A stretch of DNA of 64,000 nt from an uncultured Gammaproteobacteria bacterium (GTDB lineage Bacteria > Patescibacteriota > Patescibacteriia > UBA1558 > GWA2-36-10): NCBI GenBank assembly GCA_964515785.1, contig CAZEWH010000004.1:3105-67104 (forward strand). Direction: 5' to 3'. Shown one piece after another: positions 46,238 through 56,673 of the stretch. The notes under the pieces are model-generated. The model saw only the letters and a list, made by a program, of their open reading frames with translations. It was not told the DNA's origin and searched no databases. How positions within the stretch are numbered: the first letter of the stretch is position 1; each line of letters starts with the position of its first letter. A program made the position numbers and the translations under genes.

Positions 46238-47124
46238 ATGGCTTCAGAAAATCCCAAATCTTCTAAAGTCAAATTTTGTGCTTGACCAGTCATCAAACGC
46301 ATAACTACTTTTTCACCATAAAAAGCCGGAATAACCGAGACACGAACTGACTCTTCCTCGTCTTCTATTTTGAAAGAAAATCTACCATCTTGCGGTACTC
46401 GATGCTCATCTATACGAAGATTGGCCAAAATTTTTATACGAGCAACCACTGCATCATGAACAGTAGAAGGTAATTCTACTTTGTCATGCAATTCACCATC
46501 TATCCTAAAACGGACAACAACTGCATCTGGTAAAGCTTCAATATGAATATCTGAAGTTTGTTCAAAAATAGCATACTCCAAAATAGCATCAATAATTTTT
46601 ATGATAGAAACTTCTACTTTCTTTGGTTTGCCTTTATCTTTGAGTATTTTGGTATCTAGTATTTTTGCTAATTCTTCTTTAATATTTTTTTCATAAAGCC
46701 GAGCCGCAAAACGAAAGTTTTTTTCATTGGTCATAAAAATTTCCACATTGCGATCAGTGGCCTTTTTTACCATATCAATAACTTTTTGATAACGTGGCCT
46801 AACAAAAGCCACTTTAAGGGTATTACCCTCTAAAACAAAAGGAACTGCCTTAGCCTTATAAACTATATCATGTGGTAGTTCATTCAATACCTCATCATCC
46901 AAACGTCGTTTACGTAAATTTACATAGGGAATCTTGATATAATCTCCTATCAATTCATATAAATATTGCAAATTAAAAAAACCACGTTCAACCAAAATTT
47001 CAGACACATTTCGTCTACGTCGTTTGGCATTGCGAGCTGCTGCTGACCAATCCTCCTCTTTGATAACTTTTGCTTTGAGTAGGAGTTTTTTTAATTCATC
47101 TTGTGAAACTGGAATTGATGCCAT
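46234..47124 (-). CDS. pilB: PilB/GspE-family ATPase, N-terminal half (T2SSE_N and N2 domains) encoded as a separate ORF
   Basis: Ends ...LTLEDLGFSEAI-stop exactly where intact PilB proteins continue into the Walker A region. Confidence 0.8.
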   Translation of the reverse strand: MASIPVSQDELKKLLLKAKVIKEEDWSAAARNAKRRRRNVSEILVERGFFNLQYLYELIGDYIKIPYVNLRKRRLDDEVLNELPHDIVYKAKAVPFVLEGNTLKVAFVRPRYQKVIDMVKKATDRNVEIFMTNEKNFRFAARLYEKNIKEELAKILDTKILKDKGKPKKVEVSIIKIIDAILEYAIFEQTSDIHIEALPDAVVVRFRIDGELHDKVELPSTVHDAVVARIKILANLRIDEHRVPQDGRFSFKIEDEEESVRVSVIPAFYGEKVVMRLMTGQAQNLTLEDLGFSEAI

Positions 47125-47188
47125 AGTAAAAAATTATAACTTAATTATACCATTTTTAAAACAAAAATAAAAATGCTATAATGTATAT

Positions 47189-47755
47189 ATGAATTTACCA
47201 AATCAACTTACAATCTTGAGAATTATTTTGGCTTTAGTCTGTGTCTATCTAATTTTGCTAAATACTTTAAATAGCTTGATAGCTGCTTTAATAATCTTTG
47301 GAATAGCTGCTCTGACAGATTATTTTGATGGTCAGATTGCTCGCCGCCATAATCTAATTACCAATTTGGGGAAATTACTTGACCCTATTGCTGACAAAAT
47401 TTTGATTATCGGAATTTTTCTAGCTTTTTTAGAACTAAATCTAGTAAATCTTTGGATAGTTATGATCATTATTTTGCGAGAATTCATTATTACTGGTTTG
47501 CGACTGATTGCTCTAAAACAAAAAAAAGTGTTAGCCGCTGAAGCTCATGGTAAACATAAAATGATTTCTCAAATTGTAGCTATAATAGTTATCTTAATTA
47601 TTACTATTTTATTTAAATTCTTTAGTCATCATATTATTGTCAGCTGGCTATATCATGATGTTATAGATTTATTGATGTGGTATGTTTTATTAATTACAAT
47701 TTTTTCAGGAGGGTATTATCTATGGAAAAACAAACAGGTCATAAAAAACTTATAA
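47189..47755 (+). CDS. pgsA: CDP-diacylglycerol--glycerol-3-phosphate 3-phosphatidyltransferase
   Basis: CDP-alcohol phosphatidyltransferase motif DYFDGQIAR...G...DPIADK. Confidence 0.85.
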   Translation: MNLPNQLTILRIILALVCVYLILLNTLNSLIAALIIFGIAALTDYFDGQIARRHNLITNLGKLLDPIADKILIIGIFLAFLELNLVNLWIVMIIILREFIITGLRLIALKQKKVLAAEAHGKHKMISQIVAIIVILIITILFKFFSHHIIVSWLYHDVIDLLMWYVLLITIFSGGYYLWKNKQVIKNL

Positions 47756-48186
47756 AAATCATTGCTACTGGCCTAGGTATTGGTTATATACCATTTATGC
47801 CAGGTACTATGACTAGCCTAGCGGTCGTGCTAGTCTATTGGTTTTGGAATCCACAAGGCAATACTTGGACAATTTTTACTCTAGCAACTATCATAGTTGC
47901 TATGATGGTTGCTCATTCTGCTGAAGAATATTTTAATAAAAAAGATGATCAAAAAATAACCATAGATGAAATTGCCGGTATGTCGATCGCTTTATCTCTT
48001 GTACCTCATAATATATTATTAATTTTATTAGCTTTTATTTTATTTAGAATCTTTGATATATCAAAGATCTTGTTTATTAGAAAAATAGAAAAACAACCAG
48101 GTGCTTGGGGATTAGTTGGAGATGATGTCTTAGCTGGTATTTATACACATATTATTATGTATTTTATTATATATTTTATTGTTTAA
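47722..48186 (+). CDS. pgpA: Phosphatidylglycerophosphatase A
   Basis: IATGLGIGYIPFMPGT...DEIAGM; start moved to ATG 47722 (SD CAGGAGGG) rather than track start 47677. Confidence 0.8.
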   Translation: MEKQTGHKKLIKIIATGLGIGYIPFMPGTMTSLAVVLVYWFWNPQGNTWTIFTLATIIVAMMVAHSAEEYFNKKDDQKITIDEIAGMSIALSLVPHNILLILLAFILFRIFDISKILFIRKIEKQPGAWGLVGDDVLAGIYTHIIMYFIIYFIV

Positions 48187-48204
48187 TAATTATTAAAATA
48201 ACCA

Positions 48205-48915
48205 ATGAAAAAAGAAATAAAAACACCTTTACTCAATATCTATGTAGAAACTCCCTACGCTAAGAGTTTACCACCTATCAATGGTCCTTATACTAGGATT
48301 TATTTGATTCGACATTGTCATCCTGATTATCGTATCAAAGAAATTGTTGGTGATCATGACATGCCTTTATCAAAGCTAGGCCTCAAACAACGTAAATTTT
48401 TGAATAAAAAACTAGAACAAATCCAACTAGAAAAATTATACTCTAGTGAACTCAAAAGAGCCCACGAAACTGCTGAACATTTTGCCAAAAAAAATAAGAA
48501 AAAAATATTTGTTGACAAACGACTCAATGAAATTGATTGGATTGATTGGTATAAAATAAAATATTTTAATATGTCTGAAAAAACTCGCGTCAAACGAGTG
48601 ACCAAATACAAGGAAATGGATAAACGTTTGCATAAAATCCATGGCAATGCTCGACGAGTTATTGCAGACATCTATAAAAATAATAAAGGCAAACAAGTTG
48701 GTGTCTTTTGCCACGGTAATATGATAAGATCTATGATTACTGGAATCTTAAACACTGATGTAATCGGATTTTTGTCTATGGAAATCTATCAATCTTCTGT
48801 CACTAAACTAGTAATAGACCGTGATGGCTATATCAAAATAAATTATATAAATAATATCTGTCACCTTCCTCACAAACCAAAAGAAGATATATTCTTGGCA
48901 GCTATCAATCAATAA
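48205..48915 (+). CDS. Histidine phosphatase superfamily (phosphoglycerate mutase-like) protein
   Basis: RHG-type motif LIRHCHP and later CHGNMIRS. Confidence 0.7.
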   Translation: MKKEIKTPLLNIYVETPYAKSLPPINGPYTRIYLIRHCHPDYRIKEIVGDHDMPLSKLGLKQRKFLNKKLEQIQLEKLYSSELKRAHETAEHFAKKNKKKIFVDKRLNEIDWIDWYKIKYFNMSEKTRVKRVTKYKEMDKRLHKIHGNARRVIADIYKNNKGKQVGVFCHGNMIRSMITGILNTDVIGFLSMEIYQSSVTKLVIDRDGYIKINYINNICHLPHKPKEDIFLAAINQ

Positions 48916-48928
48916 AAATTTATAAACA

Positions 48929-48962
48929 AAAAATCCCCCGCCAGAGGCAGGGGATTTTTTGT
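48929..48962. terminator. Bidirectional terminator ATCCCC-gccagaggc-AGGGGAT flanked by A6/T6
   Basis: Seen in sequence. Confidence 0.8.
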
Positions 48963-48975
48963 CTAGATATATATT

Positions 48976-49398
48976 TTATTCATTAAACGGACAACCTTCT
49001 ACTCCTTTATGGTAACCTTTATGAAAACCATGTTTAAAAGTTCCTTTTTGTCCATGCATTCGTTTATGCATACCTTGCAAACCAAGCTCTTCTCTTAAAG
49101 CTTTGGCTTTTTCAAACTGACCATCTTGTATTAGATTATGTACTTCAGCAAATTGATCAAAATTTTCTGCTGTAATAAATCTAGTCACTCCTCTATCACC
49201 CATCAACTCTAACCAAGCATCATAGTCATTATTATTAAAAGCTTCTTGCATGGCTTCATGCCTAATAGGATCAAAATTTTCTGCACGGCCTTGTGACCAA
49301 TCAGGTTTTTCACCAGCTGATACTAGTGAAGAAACAGTCAGAGTTGTAAATAACAAGCCAAATAGACCAACCATTAGATAAAACTTATTTTTTTTCAT
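48976..49398 (-). CDS. Secreted protein with His-rich C-terminus (MHKRMHGQKGTFKHGFHKGYHKG), possible periplasmic metal binder
   Basis: Signal peptide; HxK/G repeats. Confidence 0.55.
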   Translation of the reverse strand: MKKNKFYLMVGLFGLLFTTLTVSSLVSAGEKPDWSQGRAENFDPIRHEAMQEAFNNNDYDAWLELMGDRGVTRFITAENFDQFAEVHNLIQDGQFEKAKALREELGLQGMHKRMHGQKGTFKHGFHKGYHKGVEGCPFNE

Positions 49399-49440
49399 AT
49401 TTTATTTATGTTAGTTAATTAATTAAGTCGCCGACCTCTA

Positions 49441-50163
49441 TTAATTAGTACGCATATGAAAGTTTTTTCTTTCATTGTGATGATTATTAAACCAAGGCAA
49501 AATATCAGTAGCTTGAAACTGATTGTCAGATATTTGCTCTCCAAGTAGTCTAACCCTCATGCCTAACTCTAAATCAATATATGCATCATCCAGCAAAACA
49601 ATTTTCCATACCTGATCATAACAACATTGAATCTGTATAGTATTGTCTTTTATATCTATAATATGACCAGCTAATCTACCAGCTTGTGGGTCTATAAACA
49701 TCTTGCCTCGTTGGTCTGTTATCTGACGATAAGCTGGTATTTTTTTATAAAAAGAATCTTCAATTTTTTCTGCCCCACGAGTAACATAAATACCAACACC
49801 CAATATAAAACTAACTAAGATACTAATAATAATAATTAGATAAGAATTATAACGATAACCTCGTTTGGTATGTTTGGCATTATAAAATGCTATTAACAAA
49901 AATATTACTAAAATAACAATCCAAAAGTATGGGATTTTCAACATCAAATCTTTGAGAGGATGGGCAGCTAGTGCTGTAGCCGATGGATCATGTCGTAATA
50001 AAAAAATAATCACAGAACTAGCCAAACTACCAACCAAAATAGATAAAACAAAGACTGTCCAAATAGCAGAATTTTTTAGCAAAAATTCCCAACGAGGTTT
50101 TGGTTTAATGTGTTTATTTTTGATTGTCTCCAATACTTTTTGACTCAAATTTTTGTCTGTCAT
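49441..50163 (-). CDS. Putative anti-sigma factor (single-pass membrane protein) cognate to ECF sigma 50168-50749
   Basis: Position immediately downstream of the sigma gene; N-terminal cytoplasmic region then TM. Confidence 0.5.
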   Translation of the reverse strand: MTDKNLSQKVLETIKNKHIKPKPRWEFLLKNSAIWTVFVLSILVGSLASSVIIFLLRHDPSATALAAHPLKDLMLKIPYFWIVILVIFLLIAFYNAKHTKRGYRYNSYLIIIISILVSFILGVGIYVTRGAEKIEDSFYKKIPAYRQITDQRGKMFIDPQAGRLAGHIIDIKDNTIQIQCCYDQVWKIVLLDDAYIDLELGMRVRLLGEQISDNQFQATDILPWFNNHHNERKNFHMRTN

Positions 50164-50167
50164 ATAT

Positions 50168-50749
50168 TTATAGTTTAGTATTTTGTCTAAGTAATTCTTC
50201 TTTAAATTGCTGCTTGGCTCTATTGATCAGAGTAGCAACTGTACCCATAGGTTTTTGTAAAATATCAGCAATTTCTTTATAGCTTTTATCTTCCAAAAAT
50301 TTTAAAATTAATACTTCTTGATATTTTTTATCTAATTTAGATAAAATTTGCTTTAGATGTTTTTGTAGATATTTTTGATCAACTTCTTGATTTAAATCAA
50401 AATCATCAGAAATATTATTGAGAATTTGATCATCTATATCCCAAGTAATAGTTTGAGGCCTAGCTTTAGTTTTACGCCAATAGCTAATTACTTCATTATG
50501 AGCAATACGATAAATCCAAGAAGAAAATTTTAATTTTTTATCAAAATTATTAATATTTTGATAAGCTTTAATAAAAGACTCTTGTAAAATATCTTCAGCC
50601 TCTTCATGACTTATATTTGATAAACGTTTGATATAACGCAATAATTTAGTTTCATAGCGTTGCATCAAATACAAAAAATTATCCTGGCTTTTTAGAGTCA
50701 GGTCAAGCAATTGCTGATCTGTTAATTTGTCTGGCTGAATATAAGACAT
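50168..50749 (-). CDS. ECF-type RNA polymerase sigma-70 factor
   Basis: Region 2 (…SWIYRIAHNEVISYWRK) and region 4 HTH (YKEIADILQKPMGTVATLINRAKQQFK). Confidence 0.85.
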   Translation of the reverse strand: MSYIQPDKLTDQQLLDLTLKSQDNFLYLMQRYETKLLRYIKRLSNISHEEAEDILQESFIKAYQNINNFDKKLKFSSWIYRIAHNEVISYWRKTKARPQTITWDIDDQILNNISDDFDLNQEVDQKYLQKHLKQILSKLDKKYQEVLILKFLEDKSYKEIADILQKPMGTVATLINRAKQQFKEELLRQNTKL

Positions 50750-50803
50750 TATATAATAAAGCTATCTATACTTAATACGTATAGTATAGCACTTTTCTTT
50801 CAT

Positions 50804-50831
50804 TGACAAACTTCTAAACTTACACTAATAT
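50804..50831 (+). promoter_or_regulatory. Promoter TTGACA-16-TAATAT
   Basis: Followed by SD GAGGTGAGGA. Confidence 0.4.
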
Positions 50832-50873
50832 ATACCATTGTTAAGATCTTTTAACTAAACCCTGAGGTGAGGA

Positions 50874-51269
50874 ATGGAACAACTAGCACAATATAAGGAT
50901 ATTATTATCCTGGCTCTGGTTGCTATTGCTGTGCTAATGACAGCCGTTATCCTCTTGACCAGGCGTTCTTATAGCAAGGTCATCCGCAAAGGCCAACGTT
51001 GTACTCTGCGCTTTGATGGTATTACTGCCAAAGTTTTTCTGGCTAATACTTGGAAAGATTTTGGCAATAGAATGAGCTATCAACTGGTCTTTAGCATTAG
51101 AGGCCGCGGTGTCAATATGGTCGAACAATCAACCAGAATAAATTCTGGTAGCAACGCTGCTGTCATCTATCCCCGCTCTTGGGACACTGGCAAATGGCGT
51201 TGGCAATTGACTGGCCAGAGAGCTGGCAAAAATCGCTTACGTGTTGAACTTAACAAAAAACCCCGATAA
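50874..51269 (+). CDS. Hypothetical membrane-anchored 131-aa protein (G+C-richer)
   Basis: N-terminal TM; own promoter, SD and terminator. Confidence 0.6.
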   Translation: MEQLAQYKDIIILALVAIAVLMTAVILLTRRSYSKVIRKGQRCTLRFDGITAKVFLANTWKDFGNRMSYQLVFSIRGRGVNMVEQSTRINSGSNAAVIYPRSWDTGKWRWQLTGQRAGKNRLRVELNKKPR

Positions 51270-51290
51270 TCTATCGGGGTTTTTCTTTTA
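51255..51290. terminator. Bidirectional terminator AAAAAACCCCGATaatctATCGGGGTTTTT
   Basis: Seen in sequence. Confidence 0.85.
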
Positions 51291-53423
51291 AAGCTTGCCT
51301 CGTTTTATCCTCAGACTATTGGTCACTACCGATACACTACTAAAACTCATAGCAGCAGCTGCAATCATTGGATTGAGCAAACCTATAGCTGCCAATGGTA
51401 TAGCAATAATATTATAGATAAAAGCAAAAAATAAATTTTGCTTAATAGTGCTAAAAGTTTTTTTAGATAAATTGATAGCACTAATAACTTTACTTGGATC
51501 ACTATTCATCAACACTATATTACCGCTCTCCATAGCTATATCTGTGCCGCCACCTATGGCAATACCAATATCTGCTTTGGTCAGAGCTGGAGCATCATTG
51601 ATACCATCGCCTACAAAAGCAACTATCTTGCCTTGCTCTTGTAATTCGATAATCTTGGCTACTTTTTGATCAGGTAAAACTTCCGCCATAATATTTTTGA
51701 TACCCAAATCTTTGGCAATAGCCTGAGCTGTTAATTTGTGATCACCGGTCAACATATAAACTTCAGTACCTTGTTGCAAATCAGCCACTGCTTGCTTGGA
51801 TTGTTCTCTGATAACATCAGCTACAGCTATTACTCCCATTACTTGATTGTCTTTAATAAAATAAATAGGAGTCTTGCCTTGGCTAGCATAATCTTGAAAA
51901 ACTTTTTGATAATCTGCATAGGCTGTTGTTTGCAAATTTTTTAATAGTTCTGTATTACCTAAATAAATTTCCTGATTATCTACTAAGCCTTTGATGCCCT
52001 TGCCTTTGATAGCCTCTACCTGGCTAGCTTTCTTGAGATCCAGCTTATTGTCTTTGGCATATTTTACAAAAGCATTAGCCAAAGAATGTTCACTGCTAAC
52101 TTCTAGCGAACAAGTCAAAATCATTAACTGACTAGAAGACATATTATCAGATTTTATATCTGTGATACTTGGTTGACCTTTGGTCAAGGTGCCGGTTTTG
52201 TCAAAAACAACTGCATCTATTTTATGAGCAATTTCCAAGCTTTGTGAATCTTTGATCAAAATACCGTTGCTAGCACCCTTGCCTGAACCAACCATGATAG
52301 CAGTCGGCGTAGCTAGACCTAGAGCACAAGGACAAGCAATCACAATCACTGCCACAGCATTGAGCAAGCTAATTTCAAAACTAGAGCCTATCAACCAAAA
52401 CCAAATTACAAAAGTCAAAACAGATATTATAATAACTATTGGCACAAAAATTCCAGATACTTTGTCAGCTAATTTTTGGATAGGAGCCTTGGAAGCTTGA
52501 GCATCTTCAACTAGCTTGATAATCTGAGCCAAGACAGTACCTTGACCAATTTTGGTTACTTTAATTTTTATAGCACCTTGATTGTTGATAGTTGCTCCAT
52601 AGACAGGACTACCTACTTTTTTATCAATAGGGATACTTTCGCCAGTTAGCATTGATTCATCAATAGAAGTCTCGCCTTCTATAATCTCACCATCTAGTGG
52701 AATCTTTTCACCTGGTTTTACTAAAACTACGTCGTTGATTTTGATATTTTTAATATCTGTTTTTTGCTCTTTATTATCTATCAAGACCGTAGCTTGTTTG
52801 ACTCCCAATGATAATAATTTTTTGATAGCTGTTGAAGCCCGTCCTTTACTTTTGGTTTCAAAATATTTACCCAGCAAAATAAGAGTAATAATAGTAGCCG
52901 CTGTTTCAAAATAAACATGCTGTTCAACAAACATAGCATACAAACTATAAAAGAAAGCCGACAAAGTACCGATTGAGATCAAAGTATCCATATTTGATCG
53001 AAATTGCTTGAGCTGAGATAACATACCTTTGTGAAATTGCCACCCTATGATAAACACCACTACAAAAGCTAAGGCAGCCATAATCCATTGAGCTGAATCT
53101 ATAGCCGGCATATAAAACATAGAAGCAAATAACGGCAAAGTAAAAATCAATGACCAAACAAATTGATAATAAGACTTTTTGGTCATATCAGATTCTGTGT
53201 ATTGATCACCTTCATCTATGACTTTGTAGTCTCCAGCTTGGGAAATAACTTCTACCAGATCATTTCGACTGATTTTCTGAATATCAAACTCTACTTTAGC
53301 TTGATTATTAGCATAATTAACATTAGCATTTTTAACACCTGGCTGTTTTTTGATTGACTTTTCAATATTCAAAGCACAGGAAGCACAATGCATACCTGCT
53401 ATTTTTAAATTTATATTTTCCAT
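51288..53423 (-). CDS. copA: Copper-translocating P1B-type ATPase
   Basis: N-terminal HMA (GMHCASCA), CPC ([10 protein letters not shown]), [17 protein letters not shown]. Confidence 0.95.
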   Translation of the reverse strand: MENINLKIAGMHCASCALNIEKSIKKQPGVKNANVNYANNQAKVEFDIQKISRNDLVEVISQAGDYKVIDEGDQYTESDMTKKSYYQFVWSLIFTLPLFASMFYMPAIDSAQWIMAALAFVVVFIIGWQFHKGMLSQLKQFRSNMDTLISIGTLSAFFYSLYAMFVEQHVYFETAATIITLILLGKYFETKSKGRASTAIKKLLSLGVKQATVLIDNKEQKTDIKNIKINDVVLVKPGEKIPLDGEIIEGETSIDESMLTGESIPIDKKVGSPVYGATINNQGAIKIKVTKIGQGTVLAQIIKLVEDAQASKAPIQKLADKVSGIFVPIVIIISVLTFVIWFWLIGSSFEISLLNAVAVIVIACPCALGLATPTAIMVGSGKGASNGILIKDSQSLEIAHKIDAVVFDKTGTLTKGQPSITDIKSDNMSSSQLMILTCSLEVSSEHSLANAFVKYAKDNKLDLKKASQVEAIKGKGIKGLVDNQEIYLGNTELLKNLQTTAYADYQKVFQDYASQGKTPIYFIKDNQVMGVIAVADVIREQSKQAVADLQQGTEVYMLTGDHKLTAQAIAKDLGIKNIMAEVLPDQKVAKIIELQEQGKIVAFVGDGINDAPALTKADIGIAIGGGTDIAMESGNIVLMNSDPSKVISAINLSKKTFSTIKQNLFFAFIYNIIAIPLAAIGLLNPMIAAAAMSFSSVSVVTNSLRIKRGKL

Positions 53424-53437
53424 AGTGTCTTAATTAG

Positions 53438-54769
53438 TTATTCTACAATGAATTTACCACGGACCATACCCATCCAACAACTAAAACTAATAGTACCAGG
53501 CTCTTGTGGCGTAAACTCAATAATATTTTGACCTGGATAAATATCTTGACGAATATTGAGATCTGGTACAATTATTTCATTGGTACAACCAGAAACTTGC
53601 TGGCCGTCTATAATCCATTTGACTGGTACGCCTGCCTGAAGTTTAAAAACATTAGGGCTATAGCCACGATAAGTAACTGCCATGTTAATTTCTTGGGCAT
53701 TAGCAGTTTTTACTACATTACCTACTTCTTTACTAGCCCAAAAATTGAGACTTATACCTTGGACAGCTAAACCTGAAGACAAAGTAAAAAATGCAAAAAC
53801 TAAAACAATTATTCCTATAGCTTTTTGTAAAACAATAGTCTTCATATTTTTAAAACGCGTTGTAGCTACACCTAAACCAAACAAAACTGGTGTAGTACCT
53901 AAAGCAAAAAGTAATAATGTCATAGCTCCGGTCCAAAAATTACTTGAAGCCATAGCAAAGAGCTGCATGCTCTGTGTAAAACCACAAGGCAAAAAGAAAG
54001 TAAAAGCACCTAAAACAACTGGTGCTAGGGCATGTTCTGACTTTTGTAATTTTTTCCAGGCTCTCATACTTTTTTTGGGCATCCTAATACCTAGAGTACT
54101 GAGTGATGGTACAAAACCCAAAATATTTAAGGCTAACCATAATAAAATGATGGCAATCAAGACTGTAAACCAACTCATAAATATTTCGGAAATACTAAAC
54201 CATGAACCGACCATACCTAATATTCCTCCTAGAACAAAAAAAGTTGCTAGACGTCCTATATGAAATAATAAATGAGGCTTTAAGTTTCTATTATAAAAGC
54301 TGCCCTTGGCTTGATACTTGCTAGCAAAAGACATTACCACTGCTCCAACAACTACCAAACAACTAGATACTGAAGCTACAATACCAATAAGAAGTGCAGC
54401 TCCATAATTTATATTACTAGTATCAACTTGGACCCAATCTAATAATCCAATCCATTGTAAATATTTATAAACTAGATATAAACCAATAACTATCAAGATA
54501 GAATATAACCACTGTTCTGCTGTTGTCTTATTTTTTGGTTTTATTATCGGCTCCAATGAAGCTTCATAACCAAGATCTTCTATCTTAGAAATAATCTCTG
54601 ACCAAGATAATTGATCATTACCATAATCTATCTTGGCTATGCCTTCACGATGATTTATTTTAACATATTTAATACTATCTATTTCTTGTAAGGAATCAGA
54701 AATCAAAACCTCACAAGATGTACAAGTCATACCAGAAATATAGATATTTTTATTATGTTTATTTTTCAT
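53438..54769 (-). CDS. Heavy-metal-associated (MxCxxC) domain fused to a polytopic membrane domain with TM cysteines and a C-terminal cupredoxin-like domain; putative copper-handling membrane protein
   Basis: N-terminal GMTCTSCE; TM Cys (SSCLVV, LPCGFT); C-terminal ...FSCWMGMVRGKF. Confidence 0.65.
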   Translation of the reverse strand: MKNKHNKNIYISGMTCTSCEVLISDSLQEIDSIKYVKINHREGIAKIDYGNDQLSWSEIISKIEDLGYEASLEPIIKPKNKTTAEQWLYSILIVIGLYLVYKYLQWIGLLDWVQVDTSNINYGAALLIGIVASVSSCLVVVGAVVMSFASKYQAKGSFYNRNLKPHLLFHIGRLATFFVLGGILGMVGSWFSISEIFMSWFTVLIAIILLWLALNILGFVPSLSTLGIRMPKKSMRAWKKLQKSEHALAPVVLGAFTFFLPCGFTQSMQLFAMASSNFWTGAMTLLLFALGTTPVLFGLGVATTRFKNMKTIVLQKAIGIIVLVFAFFTLSSGLAVQGISLNFWASKEVGNVVKTANAQEINMAVTYRGYSPNVFKLQAGVPVKWIIDGQQVSGCTNEIIVPDLNIRQDIYPGQNIIEFTPQEPGTISFSCWMGMVRGKFIVE

Positions 54770-54788
54770 ATCTAAAATAAAAAATTAA

Positions 54789-55331
54789 TTAAATACGACA
54801 AGTTAAAGGATCCTGAATTTTTTTTGCTAAAAAATAAATTGAAAATAAAATCAGGAATAAACCAAGTATGCCAAATTCTATACCTCTCAAAGGTAAAAAT
54901 CCTAAAAAACCCACAGAAGCTGACAAGCCAAATAAATAAGCAAAAACTACTGAACCGCAAGAAGCACAACCAATACCCAATAAACTAATAAATGCTCCTA
55001 CGAAACCAGCATCAGTCAAACTAATTGACTTTAATCTTCTTCTTAAAAAGAAAATAAACATAGCAATATTAAGACCACTTAATACAGAGACTAATAAAGT
55101 CAACCAAAAACTAAAAACTGAAGTATTGTTTTTAAAAAATATAAAAGCAATTGACACTGGGTTGTTTTGTAAAGACCAGTCAAAGGCTTCATAAGACCAA
55201 AATAATTTTAATAGCTGTATACTTGGCAAATAAATAGCTAAAGCAAAAAATAACAAAGCCACTAAACAAGCTAATAGAATATATTTTGTTTTGCTAAAAA
55301 CTATTGAAAATGATTTAAAGAATTTAAACAT
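54789..55331 (-). CDS. Small polytopic membrane protein with intramembrane CxxC (GCASCGS); possible thiol-disulfide oxidoreductase partner of adjacent DsbA-like protein
   Basis: About 5 TM, CxxC at a TM start; adjacent thioredoxin-fold gene. Confidence 0.45.
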   Translation of the reverse strand: MFKFFKSFSIVFSKTKYILLACLVALLFFALAIYLPSIQLLKLFWSYEAFDWSLQNNPVSIAFIFFKNNTSVFSFWLTLLVSVLSGLNIAMFIFFLRRRLKSISLTDAGFVGAFISLLGIGCASCGSVVFAYLFGLSASVGFLGFLPLRGIEFGILGLFLILFSIYFLAKKIQDPLTCRI

Positions 55332-55349
55332 ACTTGGTTATTTATTAAA

Positions 55350-56087
55350 TTATAATACTTGATCAATCAAACTTTTAACCTGTTCAAATGGTAAAGCACC
55401 ATTGATAGGAATAGTCTGACCATCTACTACAATTATACTATGAGGTGTACCACGTCCACCAGCTGCCTGAGCCTGCCCAGAGTGATCCCTGACTTTGTCA
55501 GCATATCTACCAGAATCTAAACATTCTTGAAAATCACTCTGATTAATACCAAGATTAGACGCAGCAGTAGCTAAATTAGCCACTGAAGTTGATTCAGCAA
55601 ATAACTTATCCAAATATTGCCAAAATTTATCGTTACCGCCCAATTCACCAACACATTCAGTAGCTTCAGCTTTTTTGCTAGCATCGGGATGCAAGCTAGT
55701 CAAAGGAAAATGGCGATAAACCCAATTAACCTGTCCATTGTAGGCATCCAAAACTTGTTTCATAGTATTGTGAAATCTTTCACAAAAGGGACAATCAATA
55801 TCAGAAAATTCTATGATACTCATTGGAGCATTTTTATCTCCCCTAAGCCAATCATCATTACTAACCGGCTGGATAGCAATACCATCATCACCTTTGATAG
55901 CTACTTGCTCTGTATTCTTATTTTTATTATTACCAGTAAATGATGGTTCATCTTTCTTTATAAACATGCCTAATAAAACAAAAAATCCAATCACAAATAC
56001 TACCACTAGACTAGTTAATATTCCTAAGCGAAAAGCAGATTTCGGTTTAAGGCTTGAAATAAAATTTCTATTATTTTTATGTTCCAT
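55350..56087 (-). CDS. DsbA-like thioredoxin-fold thiol:disulfide oxidoreductase (membrane anchored)
   Basis: CPFC active site (DIDCPFCERFH). Confidence 0.8.
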   Translation of the reverse strand: MEHKNNRNFISSLKPKSAFRLGILTSLVVVFVIGFFVLLGMFIKKDEPSFTGNNKNKNTEQVAIKGDDGIAIQPVSNDDWLRGDKNAPMSIIEFSDIDCPFCERFHNTMKQVLDAYNGQVNWVYRHFPLTSLHPDASKKAEATECVGELGGNDKFWQYLDKLFAESTSVANLATAASNLGINQSDFQECLDSGRYADKVRDHSGQAQAAGGRGTPHSIIVVDGQTIPINGALPFEQVKSLIDQVL

Positions 56088-56179
56088 ATATTTAAATTAA
56101 TATTAATTAAATTATTTTTAGATAACAAAAAAACCTTACTTTTTAGATAACAAAAATAAGTAAAGTTATAGAAAAAAAC

Positions 56180-56578
56180 TTAGTAAATTTTAGGATGCAA
56201 AATTCCTCTAGAAAATAAAAAAACAAACTTGTCAAACAACCTAAAACCTCCATATCTATCGCGAATAGCTAAATAATATTTTCTAAAACTTAGATTATTA
56301 AATAGTCTATTTTGAATAGCAAAAACCAGAAGAAAAACAAATGCAGTAAACTGTAATAAATTATTATTTGACAATATAAATGGCAGATTATGATTACTAT
56401 GTCCAGAGCTCTGTAAAGTTTCCATATTACAACATTCAGCAGACATCATATCACCAGCCAAAGCACTCTGGGCAGCAAATAAACAACCAAATATAAAACT
56501 AATCAAAAAACCAGCAAATAATATAATCACAAATATTCTGTTTTTAAATATTTTTTGCATTAGGTATATTATAAGCAA
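56180..56578 (-). CDS. Hypothetical small membrane protein with periplasmic ECCNME motif
   Basis: ORF; 3 TM. Confidence 0.45.
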   Translation of the reverse strand: MLIIYLMQKIFKNRIFVIILFAGFLISFIFGCLFAAQSALAGDMMSAECCNMETLQSSGHSNHNLPFILSNNNLLQFTAFVFLLVFAIQNRLFNNLSFRKYYLAIRDRYGGFRLFDKFVFLFSRGILHPKIY

Positions 56579-56673
56579 AAACTATAAAAAAGTAAAATAC
56601 TCATTGACATCAAGTCTATTTGATGATAAAAATCATACAATTGTTCAAGTTCATTTCACCACAAGGAGGAATT

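Noticed and set aside
53682-54263. 193-aa plus-strand track ORF antisense to the HMA/cupredoxin membrane gene, and similar antisense ORFs in copA, rny, pnp and comM
   Set aside because: They are embedded antisense to long conserved genes, so they are spurious.
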